Source: Neophaeotheca triangularis
Taxonomy: Eukaryota
NCBI GenBank assembly: GCA_054600435.1
Contig: BAAIJX010000087.1
Coordinates: 1 to 55,680, forward strand
DNA: 55,680 nucleotides
Direction of reading: 5' to 3'
A model generated the notes under the pieces. That model was not told the DNA's origin and searched no databases. It saw nothing but the letters and a program-made list of their open reading frames with translations. Below, piece after piece: positions 1-10,161 of this stretch. Position 1 is the stretch's first letter. Each line of letters starts with the position of its first letter. Position numbers and translations under genes: made by a program.

Positions 1-88
1 TTTTTATGTTTTTTTCTCGGGTTTTCCTTTTTTAAATATCTTTTTTTAAAATCACTCCCCCCCCCCCCCCCCCAAAAAAAAAAAAAAA
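1..88. repeat. Homopolymer-rich low-complexity end (poly-T, poly-C, poly-A); probable contig edge
   Basis: Runs of T, then a C run at 57-73 and an A run at 74-88. The window also ends in poly-C. Confidence 0.7.
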
Positions 89-170
89 CCGCTCGCTATG
101 CAAAAGACCTGCACACAAAGTCTTGATCAAAACCACCGTTCCCGACGCATCCTCAGGTTTTATTCACACT

Positions 171-1357
171 CTACCAGAGAGTGTAGCCACCATCGATGAG
201 ACAGTTGTTGCCCGTCATGAACTTGCTAGCATCGGCGGCCAAGTAGACTGCCAGCCCGTTCAAATCGTCCACGGCGCCCAACCTCTTCTGCGGCGTGTGG
301 TCGATCCAAATACGCTTCTGCGCCTCGAGCGCCGGAACGCGGTTGAGAGCCGTGTCCATGTAACCGGGGGAGATGGCGTTGACGCGGATGCCGTAGCGGG
401 CCCATTCGGCGGCGAGGGATTTGGTCAGTTGCACCACGGCGGCTTTGGAGGCGTTGTAGCAGGATTGCTCTTGTGGGTAGTTGACGACTGTGCCGCTCAT
501 GGAGGCGATGTTGATGATGCTGCCGCCGGCGCCGGAGCGGATCATGGCGTTTCCTACGGCTTGGGCGACGAGGAAGGAACCGGTGATGTTGATGTCTAAC
601 AGGCGGCGGAACTTCTCGACGTCGTATGTTTCAGCTTTCATGTTGGAGCTGTGAGATGGCTTGTCAGTGTGTGCCGTGGGGGGGATACAGAGTTTTCTCG
701 TGGTGACTTACTCAGCGATACCAGCGGCGTTGATGAGAACGTCAATTTGGCCGTAGTGGTCGACGACATCAGCGACAGTCTGGTGCATAGCCGAGCCGTC
801 GCGAACGTCGACTTTGTAGAAACGGACGTCAACACCAGTCTGCTCGCTCAGCTCGCGCGCGCTCTTGTCGCCGAGCTCGGGTTGCACATCCATAATGGCA
901 ATACCACGGACGCCCACTTCGGAAAGAGCTTGCGCCATGTTGTAACCGAGACCACGACCGCCGCTGAGAATAAGTGTTAGTTTGCGATGGGCGTCTGCTA
1001 TACAGTTCGCGTGACTGCTCACCCAGTGACCACAGCAACCTTTCCAGGAAGCGTGAATTTGTGCAGCGTAGGCGTCAAATGCCTCAAGACCTGCGGGTTC
1101 AAAGGCTGTGCGCGCGTCTCGAGGTCTTCGCCTGGGGGGCTCACGGGGCCGTTGCCCGCAGACTCAACGTGGATGTCTTCAGTCTGACGTTGACCGTCCT
1201 TGTAGCTGACGACTGGGATTTCCTTCTCTTGCACGACTTCGGGGTCGTTGCTCTTGGCGGATGTGTTGAAGCGAGCGGTGTTGGCCGGGGCAAAGGTGCG
1301 CATAGGCTGGGCCATCATGCGCCTGCCGGCGATTCTGAGTGCTGGACGAGCGAACAT
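171..1357 (-). CDS. Short-chain dehydrogenase/reductase, D-arabinitol 2-dehydrogenase / sorbose reductase-like, with N-terminal presequence-like extension. Exons 1357-1023, 963-712, 648-171
   Basis: The spliced frame gives the Rossmann motif VTGGGRGLG, plus NAAG, the catalytic SMSG...YNASK, and NAISPGYMDT/IDGGY. GT-AG introns at 1022-964 and 711-649 with CTAAC/CTGAC branch sites join three ORF-track fragments in frame. Confidence 0.9.
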
Positions 1358-1750
1358 TGTGTTGGTGTGTAGGATTGCCGATTGAAATGTGATAAGAGTT
1401 TCGCTATTGGCCTAAGCCTTTGCTAAAGAGGCGGCTTTTCAGGTGTGCACCAGGTTGGATAAAGGATGGATGGATGAGTTGATGACGATGATGTGGGAGA
1501 TGTCCTGGTGGCGGAGTATGCAAAGCTCGAGGTGTTGCTTCTTTCCTATCGAACGAAACGGGTGGTCGAAGAAATGGCAAGGGCGTTGGTTTCAAAGACG
1601 CAAAAAGAGTATCTCTGAACAGTGGAGGATGGAGCAAGAATACAAAGGTACAGAAGGAGTAGAGATGGCAGGAGGAAAGTAGGAAAGCAGGAAAGAAAAC
1701 AACCGGATCGAGCTCAAGTTCAACAGAATAGGGTATGACGAAAGAAAAGA

Positions 1751-1774
1751 GAAGAAGAAGAAGAAGAAGAAGAA
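1751..1774. repeat. (GAA)n microsatellite
   Basis: About 8 tandem GAA units within a purine-rich tract. Confidence 0.85.
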
Positions 1775-2004
1775 AAAAAAGGCCAAACCCACCCAAGTGA
1801 AAGTGGCAGGCACGCACGCACGCACGCTCCTCGAGACACGGCCAATAATCGACAATAATAATAATGCTATGGCCAAGTGTGAGAATCAACACCTGGACAA
1901 TGCGATGACAATGCCCTCGAGGAGAAGATGGCCGGGTCCGTTGGTGACAGATTCCTCAACCCTTCGTCCTTGCTCGCTCAACAAGAACAAATGGCGGGCA
2001 ACGT

Positions 2005-2035
<31 letters not shown>

Positions 2036-2036
2036 C
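2005..2036. repeat. (AGGC)n microsatellite
   Basis: About 8 tandem AGGC units. Confidence 0.9.
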
Positions 2037-3476
2037 TCGTCACTACTTGTGAAGGGGACAAGGCTGAAGGGATTGTTGTGAGGTTTTTTTGGAACAAAGC
2101 GTCATCAAATCCGCCGGCCAGGATACCAGACGGTCAATGCAGACGAGACAGTACTAGTCTGATTCTTATCTCGACTAACTTATCGTTTGTACCTACACAG
2201 TATCAACAGTAGTAGGTACCTTTAACCTGACACGCTCAGACGGTTAGACTTTTCCGCCATTTAAGCTTAAAGCGGGTCGGCCTCCATCCTTGTAGGTACT
2301 ACTGTAGCCGTGTCATCGGACGGCGGTGAGCGAGATGATGATGATGCTATTCACTACTCCTACTATGCCTGAGTCATCAATCCATTATCAACACTTCTCA
2401 GAGCCGGAGAGAGAATTTTTTTTCTCTACCGGATTTCAATTGAATCAGCAAATCAAGCGGTATTATTATTATCCAATTTGCTTTTCCCCATGTCCGAAAC
2501 GTTCCATCACTTCCAGCCCTTGCTCTACAGCTATCCAATGTTACACACAAACTCAAAAAAATGCACTTCCGGCTTTGCGCCTATTCAAGCCCGTAGGTAC
2601 CTTATTTGACAATTGACCTCGGCCATCCACAGCCAGCCTTGAAGGACAAATCCATCGAGTGGCAAAACCCTCCAGACTTCGAGTCGCTGTAACCATAATT
2701 CAAAACCACTCCCAAAACGATGGCACCCAAAGTATTTGTTGGCAGCTTTAATCACACAACGTTGCCAATAAGGTAATCCCCGACACCCAAAGAAGCGCGA
2801 AACAAGCAGAGAGCGAATGAAAAAGAAAAAAAATCTATAAGGCTGTCTGTTTACTCGGCACGCAAGGGGCCAAAAGTAAAACCCTACGCGCCGTCGTTTT
2901 GAGACATAGAAGCCTTCTAGAATCAATTGTAGATAGACAGATAGACAGACAGCCGAGAACAAGCCATGGTGAATCTTTGGAAAGAGGCGCCTCTCCTGGG
3001 CAATCTTGGTTTAAAAATAATCGTACCCTATACATGCGGTACTTGTTGCCCACATGGGTGACAAGAGTACTTGCAGTGTTGTCGGATGTGGCTATAATTA
3101 TCTGCGCCTTCGTGACCCGAGCGAAGCTTGCGTAATTCCAGTTTCCAACGCCACTTGCCGGAAATGTCGACGGTCAAATAATGTATAGTTGATGTTATGC
3201 ATTGCAAAGAACGGATGCAACGTCGACAACACCAACAAAGAGGTCATGGCGAAGTGAAATGGGACGGCATGGTTTGTAAGACCACGGCAAGATTACTAGA
3301 CAACGGGAAATGTCAAAGACGCTTCTATCCCATCTAGGTAGGGTGATGCAAACGATCAAACAAAGCTCGACTCGATACTTTTCCTTCCTCCTCGTCCTCA
3401 ATCAAAACCTCAGGGGTATCATTCATTCCATCATGCATCAACCATCATCATAATCAACATTCCACCCACATTTCTC

Positions 3477-6400
3477 TCACTGACTGCGCAAATACTGCAC
3501 CAACTCTCCAACCCTGGCCTTGGTCTCAGCATTCAGCTGGTCCTCGGGTGGACCCATGACGGCCTCGAAAACGGGCAGCAGCCTTTGCGTCAAGCCCATG
3601 ACAACACGGTTTTGTTGCTGGTACAGGGAGACGAGCATGTCGAAAACCGGCTCGTTCTCACGGAAGTCCTCCTTCAGTGGGAGCAAGCCGACCAGCTGTG
3701 GCAGGACTTGCTCAAGAGGCACATTGTCGGGAGACTTCTTGATGAGACGCGCAAGGCAGCCGGCCGCGTTGTCGAGCAGTCTCGCTTCCGGAGATGCGGC
3801 GGCGGTGGAAGCTTGGAGCAGGGGCTCGAGAGCACTGAGTATGGTCGGGTAAGCCGAGAGCACCTCTTTGGCATCGGTGGAATGAAGGCAGAGCAGGCCG
3901 ATGCCGAAAGCGGCGTTGGATTTGCTCTCGGGGTCTTCATCGCCGAGGCGCTTTTGGAAGACGCGCATGAATCGCGAGGTAAAGGGCGTGCAGGCCGAGC
4001 CCATGGCTTCAATGCAGTCGGCCATGGCGCCGATGGTGGCGCTGCGCTCGTAGCGCTCTTGGCTGGAGGCGTACTTCATGACGGGGGATTCGAAGATTTT
4101 CCACAGCTCGCCGAACTGTGGGCCCAGTGCGGTAGCGAGGGCGGCAATCACTTCGAGAGCCGTCTCGATGACTAGCCAGTCGTACTCGGAGGACTCGCTG
4201 TCGAGTTCTTCAAATTCCTCTAGGTCGTCGGGGTCCTTTTGGCAGGTGTGCTGCTTTTGCAGAATGAGGACCAGGTGGGCAGTCATTTGCTCCAGAGGGG
4301 TCGAAGTGGCGGAGATTTGGGGGGCGAGGATGGCTGGGCCGCAGAGTTTGAGGGTAGCGGCAATGTTGCGGTTGATTTCCGTGACGGTGCCCCTGTAATT
4401 GGCTGTCAGTAAAACGATCTCGACTTGTGTATAAGCGTCAAAGATGAAATGATAAGTAGGTAGTCAGAAACAGCCTCTATGTTTTCGCAGCATTTGCCGT
4501 AGCATCTGAGTGAGCTGGGTATAACAAAAGTGTTCTCATCACGTAGGGTAATAGTGGAAGGGGAAAAGAAAAGTCGAGACATACCTGTCAACCTCTTCCT
4601 CCCAAAGGGCGAGAGTACCCTTCATGACCACATCACCAAGCTTGGCAAGGTCATCAGTCGGCTGAACCTTCAGAGGCAGGCCAGGCTGCCACTTTTGCAT
4701 GCCGCTGTCCTCAGCCAGGCCCCACAGGCAAGCGTACGCCCTCCACAATGTTCCGATTGCAGACTTCCTTACACCTTCAAACGAGTGTTCGAGCAGCGGT
4801 GCGGTAATCTCGATCGTCTTCTGCATGTACGGGAGGTACTTGGATTTGGTGTGGGTGAGGATGTCGCCCACAACTTCGACGGCAATCTCTTTCTCCATAG
4901 AGACGGCGGTGACGGCACCCAAGTCGTCCCAGTCGTCCTCGTCTTCGTCCTCACCTTGCTCCATCAGGGCGTTGACGAGGGCGTCGTCGTCTTGGTCGTC
5001 CTTGACGAGGTCTTGCTTATCGACACCACCGTCAGGGTTGGCAACCTTGAACTTGCGGCCAGCGACAGTGACTTCTTGGCCAACCAGGTCGGAAGCCTCA
5101 GCCCCGAGGGAAACTTCCTGGTCAGTCTCGTCTTGCTCGAGGCAGGCAACCAGAGCAGAGACTGCACCTTGAAGGAAAGGAGCAAATTCTTCCTCGTAAA
5201 CCCTCGCAAGCGTGGACCACAAGATGTAGCTCGTCTCCTTCAAGCGGGGGTGGTCAAGGTGGAGAGCTTCCTCGCTTGACCTCATCAAGGGCTGCACGTA
5301 CTGCTGGAACATCTCCCCACCAACAGCCGAAGCAATCTTGCCCATGGAGTCGGTGACCATGCCGCGAAGCTCAAGCTCATCCTGAGAGTCCTTGATGTTG
5401 ATGTACTGGCCGAGCTCTTGCATGGTCTTGTCAAAGTAAGGCTTGAAAGACTCCTCAGACGCGCTGGCAATGCTACCGACAGCCGACACGGCAGCCATCT
5501 GCACCTTGTGGTCAGGGTGACCAAACAGCATGCTGAAGCGTGGGACAAGCTCCTGCACGTACTGGGACGCGTCCTTCGGGTCCAAACCCTCAATGAGAGA
5601 GTCGACCGCCATGCAGCTAGCCTTGACAATGTTGGTGTTCTCGTCTTGCTCTTGCGATCCAGCTTGGGCATTCCTCATACCCTGCAAGGCGAGGTCGAAG
5701 TTCTTGACAAGAGCCGGCAGCAGGCGAGCGTGTTCCTTGCCCATGTCCTCGGCCAGGTCGTCGGCAAGCCTGGCAACACCATTGAGCGCAGCACTTCGGA
5801 CGCTGACGCTGGGGTCCTGGAGGAGGTGAAGCACAAGCGGCAGGATTTCTTGCAGCTGGGTAGCGATGAAATCGGGGGCGCCCTCAACACACATGCCGAG
5901 GGCGAGTATACCAGCTCGGCGGTAATCGGGGTTCTCGTTCTGAACATAAGGACCAATGGCTTTGAGAAGGGGTACAGCAACTTGGCTGGGCGGCAGCGAC
6001 TCGGAAAGAATGTCCAACAGACCCAAAGCAGAGCGTGCTGGAGAAATATCTTCATCCTCACTGCTCATGTCCCCAAGCTCAGTAGCGATTTGCAAACTCA
6101 TCTTGGTCAATTGCTCGCCAACCTTCAAGCTCTGCACCTTGAGCTTCCTGTAGCGAACGCTCTGCATGAGGAAGCTAAGTGCTTGGTTGCGAACGTCCTC
6201 GTCGATTTCGGTGTTGGCAGACACTTGGATAAAGTACTGCAGCAAGTCACCAAAGTGAACGTTGAGGAACGCACTCTCGTAGCTCAACAGCTTGTTGAAG
6301 ACCTCAAACGCCAGCATGCTGTGCTCCTCGTCACCGTCGTCGATAGTACCCTGCAAAGCCTTGACCATGTGAGGGATGGTGGCCTGAAAGCTCTTCAAGC

Positions 6401-7001
6401 TCTTGGGGTCTTCCTCAGTGTCGAGGACCATGGCCAACTCGGACAGCGCCAGCATAGTGTTGACGCGGACCTCGACAGACTCGGGATCTTGGATAGTACG
6501 GTTGAAGAGGGTCAACATTTGGGTCATATTCTCCTGGAACAAGTCGGGCATGGTCTCGATCAGGGTGAAGATGATGTAGACGGCCACCTCACGGTGTTTG
6601 GCATCGTTACTGGTGGCGGCCTGCTGGAGGACGCCGGGCAAGTCTGTCCACTCACCCTCAGGGAGATCGAGCTTTGCAATGGCAGCAATAACGCGGGCTT
6701 TGGAATGCCTGGCCAATTGCTTCTCCTCGCTGGTGGTGCTTTGCAAGAGTTGCTGCCTCAGCTGAGGCTTCTGGTCGGCGGGAACCGAAATCCAGTGCTT
6801 GTCGACGAGCTTGCGCGCTTCGACAGCAGAGAGTTGCCTGAGACCCGGCTCTTCTTGCGATGTGAGGATATGGAGGAGGGCAATGAGGGATTGCGGGGAG
6901 GAATAGTAGTTTTTGTTCAGCGAAGAGGTCGCCGCCTTGACTTTTTGGGTGTCGGGTTCAAGGAGGGCCCGGAGGAGCGAGACAAACTCTTGCTCGTCCA
7001 T
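3477..7001 (-). CDS. KAP123: Importin beta-4 (Kap123/importin-4) HEAT-repeat karyopherin. Exons 7001-4585, 4392-3477
   Basis: IBN_N-like start (LRQLSAVEARKLV), HEAT repeats, an acidic loop (EDEDEDDWDDL) followed by AVTAVSMEKEIA, and C-terminal DNAAGC / LLPLKEDFRENEP. The intron 4584-4393 (GTATGT...TACTGAC...CAG) restores the frame VDR|GTVTEINRN. Confidence 0.93.
4460..4547 (-). ncRNA. Intronic box C/D snoRNA with two guides: snR71/SNORD29-like at D' and SNORD95-like at D
   Basis: Minus strand: box C GTGATGA (4542-4536), guide ACCCAGCTCAC (4520-4510), box D' CAGA (4508-4505), guide TAGAGGCTGTT (4479-4469), box D CTGA (4467-4464). Both 11-nt guides are complementary to conserved LSU rRNA sequences as I recall them (GUGAGCUGGGU and AACAGCCUCUA). 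End coordinates are approximate. Confidence 0.9.
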
Positions 7002-7430
7002 GATTAGGGGGGACGAGGGGGTTGGTGGTGGTCAAGGAATGTGGGAGTTGGAGAGAGTGTGGTAGGAAAGAGAAGAAGAGGGTGATGTTTTGCAAGGTCA
7101 TGGCAGCAGAAATTGTCCAAATTAATTCTGCCGTCGAATACCGCGCTAAGAAGATTCGGGCCCTGCTTTTCCACCGAGGCGGTGTGTTGGACCCTTGCTG
7201 CAAGAATGCCCAAGGCTGTAACATGCAATGTTTAATATCAGATATCAACGCGTCTCCCGATCCTGAACGGTAAAGCTGAAGGCGTGCCGTGCCAGGCTGC
7301 CATTTGACTTGTTGGACATATAATAACACTCCTCTCCTCTCCCCTCCTCTCCCCTCCTCTCCACTCCACTACACTCCGCTCCGCTCTCTTGCCCCTTTTT
7401 CTTCGAACAAGTCAGTCATTGGCGCCTGCC

Positions 7431-9185
7431 ATGAATCGAATCAACTCATTCACAGGCAACATCCCATTCAAACCGGCAGTCAACTTGCTATCCAGCCAAC
7501 AGCAGTCCAAGAGCAAGACCAAGGACAACAACAGAAGACTCGAAGACGGCCACGGGCATAGACGGAGCATGTCCATTGACGACAGTCCACCTCGTCAGCG
7601 GCAGGATGGTTTCTTGGGAGGCAACACCTCCACCACCACCGACGAGCAGCTTCACCTCCATCACCACCACCACCACCCCCGGTCGATCCCCACCATCACC
7701 GTCTCCCGTTCGCCGTCTCCCTCCCTCAGACGTATCCGAAGTGCAAGCCAGAGCGAAGATGAAGACTACGAAGACCTCGCACTCAGCAACAATGATGCAG
7801 CCTTGAGCAGACCCCTGGTAGGCCACGGTACTAGCACGCGAAGAGGACAGCGCGCCGGGTTATGGCGAAAGGGAGGTCTCGGTCGCTTCCTCTTCAGAAC
7901 GGCTACGGGCCACCAAGTATACATTGGAATGCTGGTCTTCTGGCTCATGGGCTGCCAGTTCGGTCTCTTACTGATGGATCGTTTCTTGCTATGGACTGGC
8001 ACTTACAAGTTTCCGTATCCATTGACTTTGACCATGCTACAACTACTCCTGACCCACCTACTACTGCTTGCCTTTGCAAGCCTGACTCGACTAGCTCGGG
8101 GTCCTCTACACAACCTAGGTCTCGGTGCGCTCGTTGCACCCGCCGAGCCACTGTCCAAAACCCAAGCCCCTCAAGGCTACAGACGGCCGCAAACCAGCCG
8201 CACCCTCTCCTCTCGCCTCGCGCGTAGACTCAACCCAGGCACCGGCGGCATTGCAGGCGGCGGCTTAATTGACCTCGACCGCAAAACGGTCAAACAAGTC
8301 TTGCCCGTCGCCCTTATCTTCCTCGCACGAGTCGTGTTGAGCAACATATCATACGCGTAGGCCACACCCCCCTACCTCTACAGATATCACAGTAAGTCTG
8401 ATACAAAGGTAAAATCTTCTAGCTACGCCGTCCTCCCCGTCTACCAACTCAGCCGTATCGCCATCGTCCCCCTCTCCCTCATCTGCACAGCCCTCATAAA
8501 CAACGAAAGCCACTCCATCCCCACCCTCTCCTCAACGCTGACCGCCACCCTCAACCTCCTCATCGCATCCATCCAACACGGCGTTCTCCGCTCCCCTTGG
8601 CAAGCCATTCTCGCCGGCGCCAGCAGCTCGCTCTTCACAGCCCTCTACCCAATCCAACTCCTCCGAACATACCAAACCCTGCTCTCCGACCTCACTCCCC
8701 AGGGTTCCACCCTCCTAACCGACCTCACGCCCTCCTCCGACTCGGACACCCCCCAAGCGCCTTTAACTCCCTCCACCGTCCTCCCAACCACCCGCGCCGT
8801 CTACAAAACCCTCCACGCCGCCTCCCTCCTCTCCCTCCTCGCTCTAACCCCGATCTGGCTCCTAATCCCCGAACTCCCCCTACTACGCCGCAACTGCTAC
8901 TTCCTCGATGTTCCCTGGTTCTGGTTTCTCATCTTCTGCAGCGGTCTGGGCGCTTTTACAGTTTTCACCGCTACTTTGCTGCTGGTCAAAGCCACTTCCC
9001 CACTCTCGACAACTTTCATCTCCGTGCCGAGGAGTGCTTGGCAGTTGGCGGTTTTGAGTAAGGGAAATATGCCTGTGAGGTGCTGGGTCGGGGTTGCGCT
9101 CTGTTGGGCAGGGAGTGCCTGGTTTTTGGGCGTAAGGAGGAGGGAGGGGAGGAAGAGGGTGGGCGGATTGGAGAGGGGGTGCTAG
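7431..9185 (+). CDS. Nucleotide-sugar / triose-phosphate transporter family (DMT superfamily) membrane protein. Exons 7431-8356, 8423-9185
   Basis: Motifs YKFPYPLTLTMLQL, VLSNISYA|YAVLPVYQLSR and LVKATSPLSTT, with multiple hydrophobic segments. The intron 8357-8422 (GTAGGC...CTGAT...TAG) keeps the frame to the TAG at 9185. The start codon could be 7431 or 7569. Confidence 0.75.
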
Positions 9186-10161
9186 GTGGTGTGGGGGTTG
9201 CTTGAGAGGTTTGCTCCGTTCTTGCCTGGGCGAAGCTCGGAACCTCGTCATTTCACTCGCCTGAGAGTCATCTGAGAGTCATTCGGCTAGAGACTGGGAG
9301 GTGATTTCTTTCTTGCCTTCAAGCGGGGTTGTCTTCACTCCTCGGCGCTGGTCCGGAGGCGGCGCGGCCAGCTCTTCGAATTCTCTTCCGTTACGAGTGT
9401 CGGTACGGCATCCCTTCTTGGATCTGAAGCCTTTTGGACGCGGCGTGGTTGCGGTGTCCCGATTTACCCTTGGTCTAGTGATTTAGAGGTAGCTACTATC
9501 CCCATTCGGGACATCTTCGCTTTCTCTTGCAGCTCAATTGACATGACTGATTGCCTATTGAATTGCAATGTCCCGTATATCTTACAGCGCACTTGCGCGT
9601 ACTAGAACTTGAGCGAGCACTGCGTTCGTCCGACCATGAGGCTTTGGGTGCCGTGGACCAAGATTGATCTATGAAAAGAAGGTCTCCAACTCTGACCCTA
9701 GCGTTCGGGGTTGGTGGAAGGGTGCAGATGGTAATGGGTTTGGTGGGCGGCGTATACTGCGCTAACATCGAGGAGATTGTTCCGTGGGAATCAGGTCGAT
9801 TCGGTTCGGAGGGTGGGCGAGCGCTGGGTGGGATGCGGTTTGTTTTAGGTGAGTACTGGTTGTTACCGGGTCAGTGGATTAGGTAATACCGAAGAGATGA
9901 ACAAGTGTTGATGAACATTGGGGGATACCTGCTCGAAATGCGCTTTGCTGGACGACGATTTACAATTACTGGATGCTGTGGTTCAGCTGATATAGCGAGA
10001 AGAGAGACGAGAGCTGGGTGTAGGTGTCAGGTGCTGACAAATGCATTAATTCGTTACGTAGACTAGACTACCACCACTTGCTCAGGCAGAGTCATTCATT
10101 CGAGACACATCCGATTACAAACCCTCTTCATCTTGCTCCCCGAAAATCCCCCAACGCCTCC

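Noticed and set aside
2335..2400. ATGATGA...CTGA arrangement resembling a C/D snoRNA
   Set aside because: The C box is part of an (ATG)n microsatellite, and I could not match the upstream segment to rRNA or snRNA.
5418..7007. 529-aa plus-strand ORF
   Set aside because: Antisense shadow of KAP123 caused by codon bias; no recognisable motifs.
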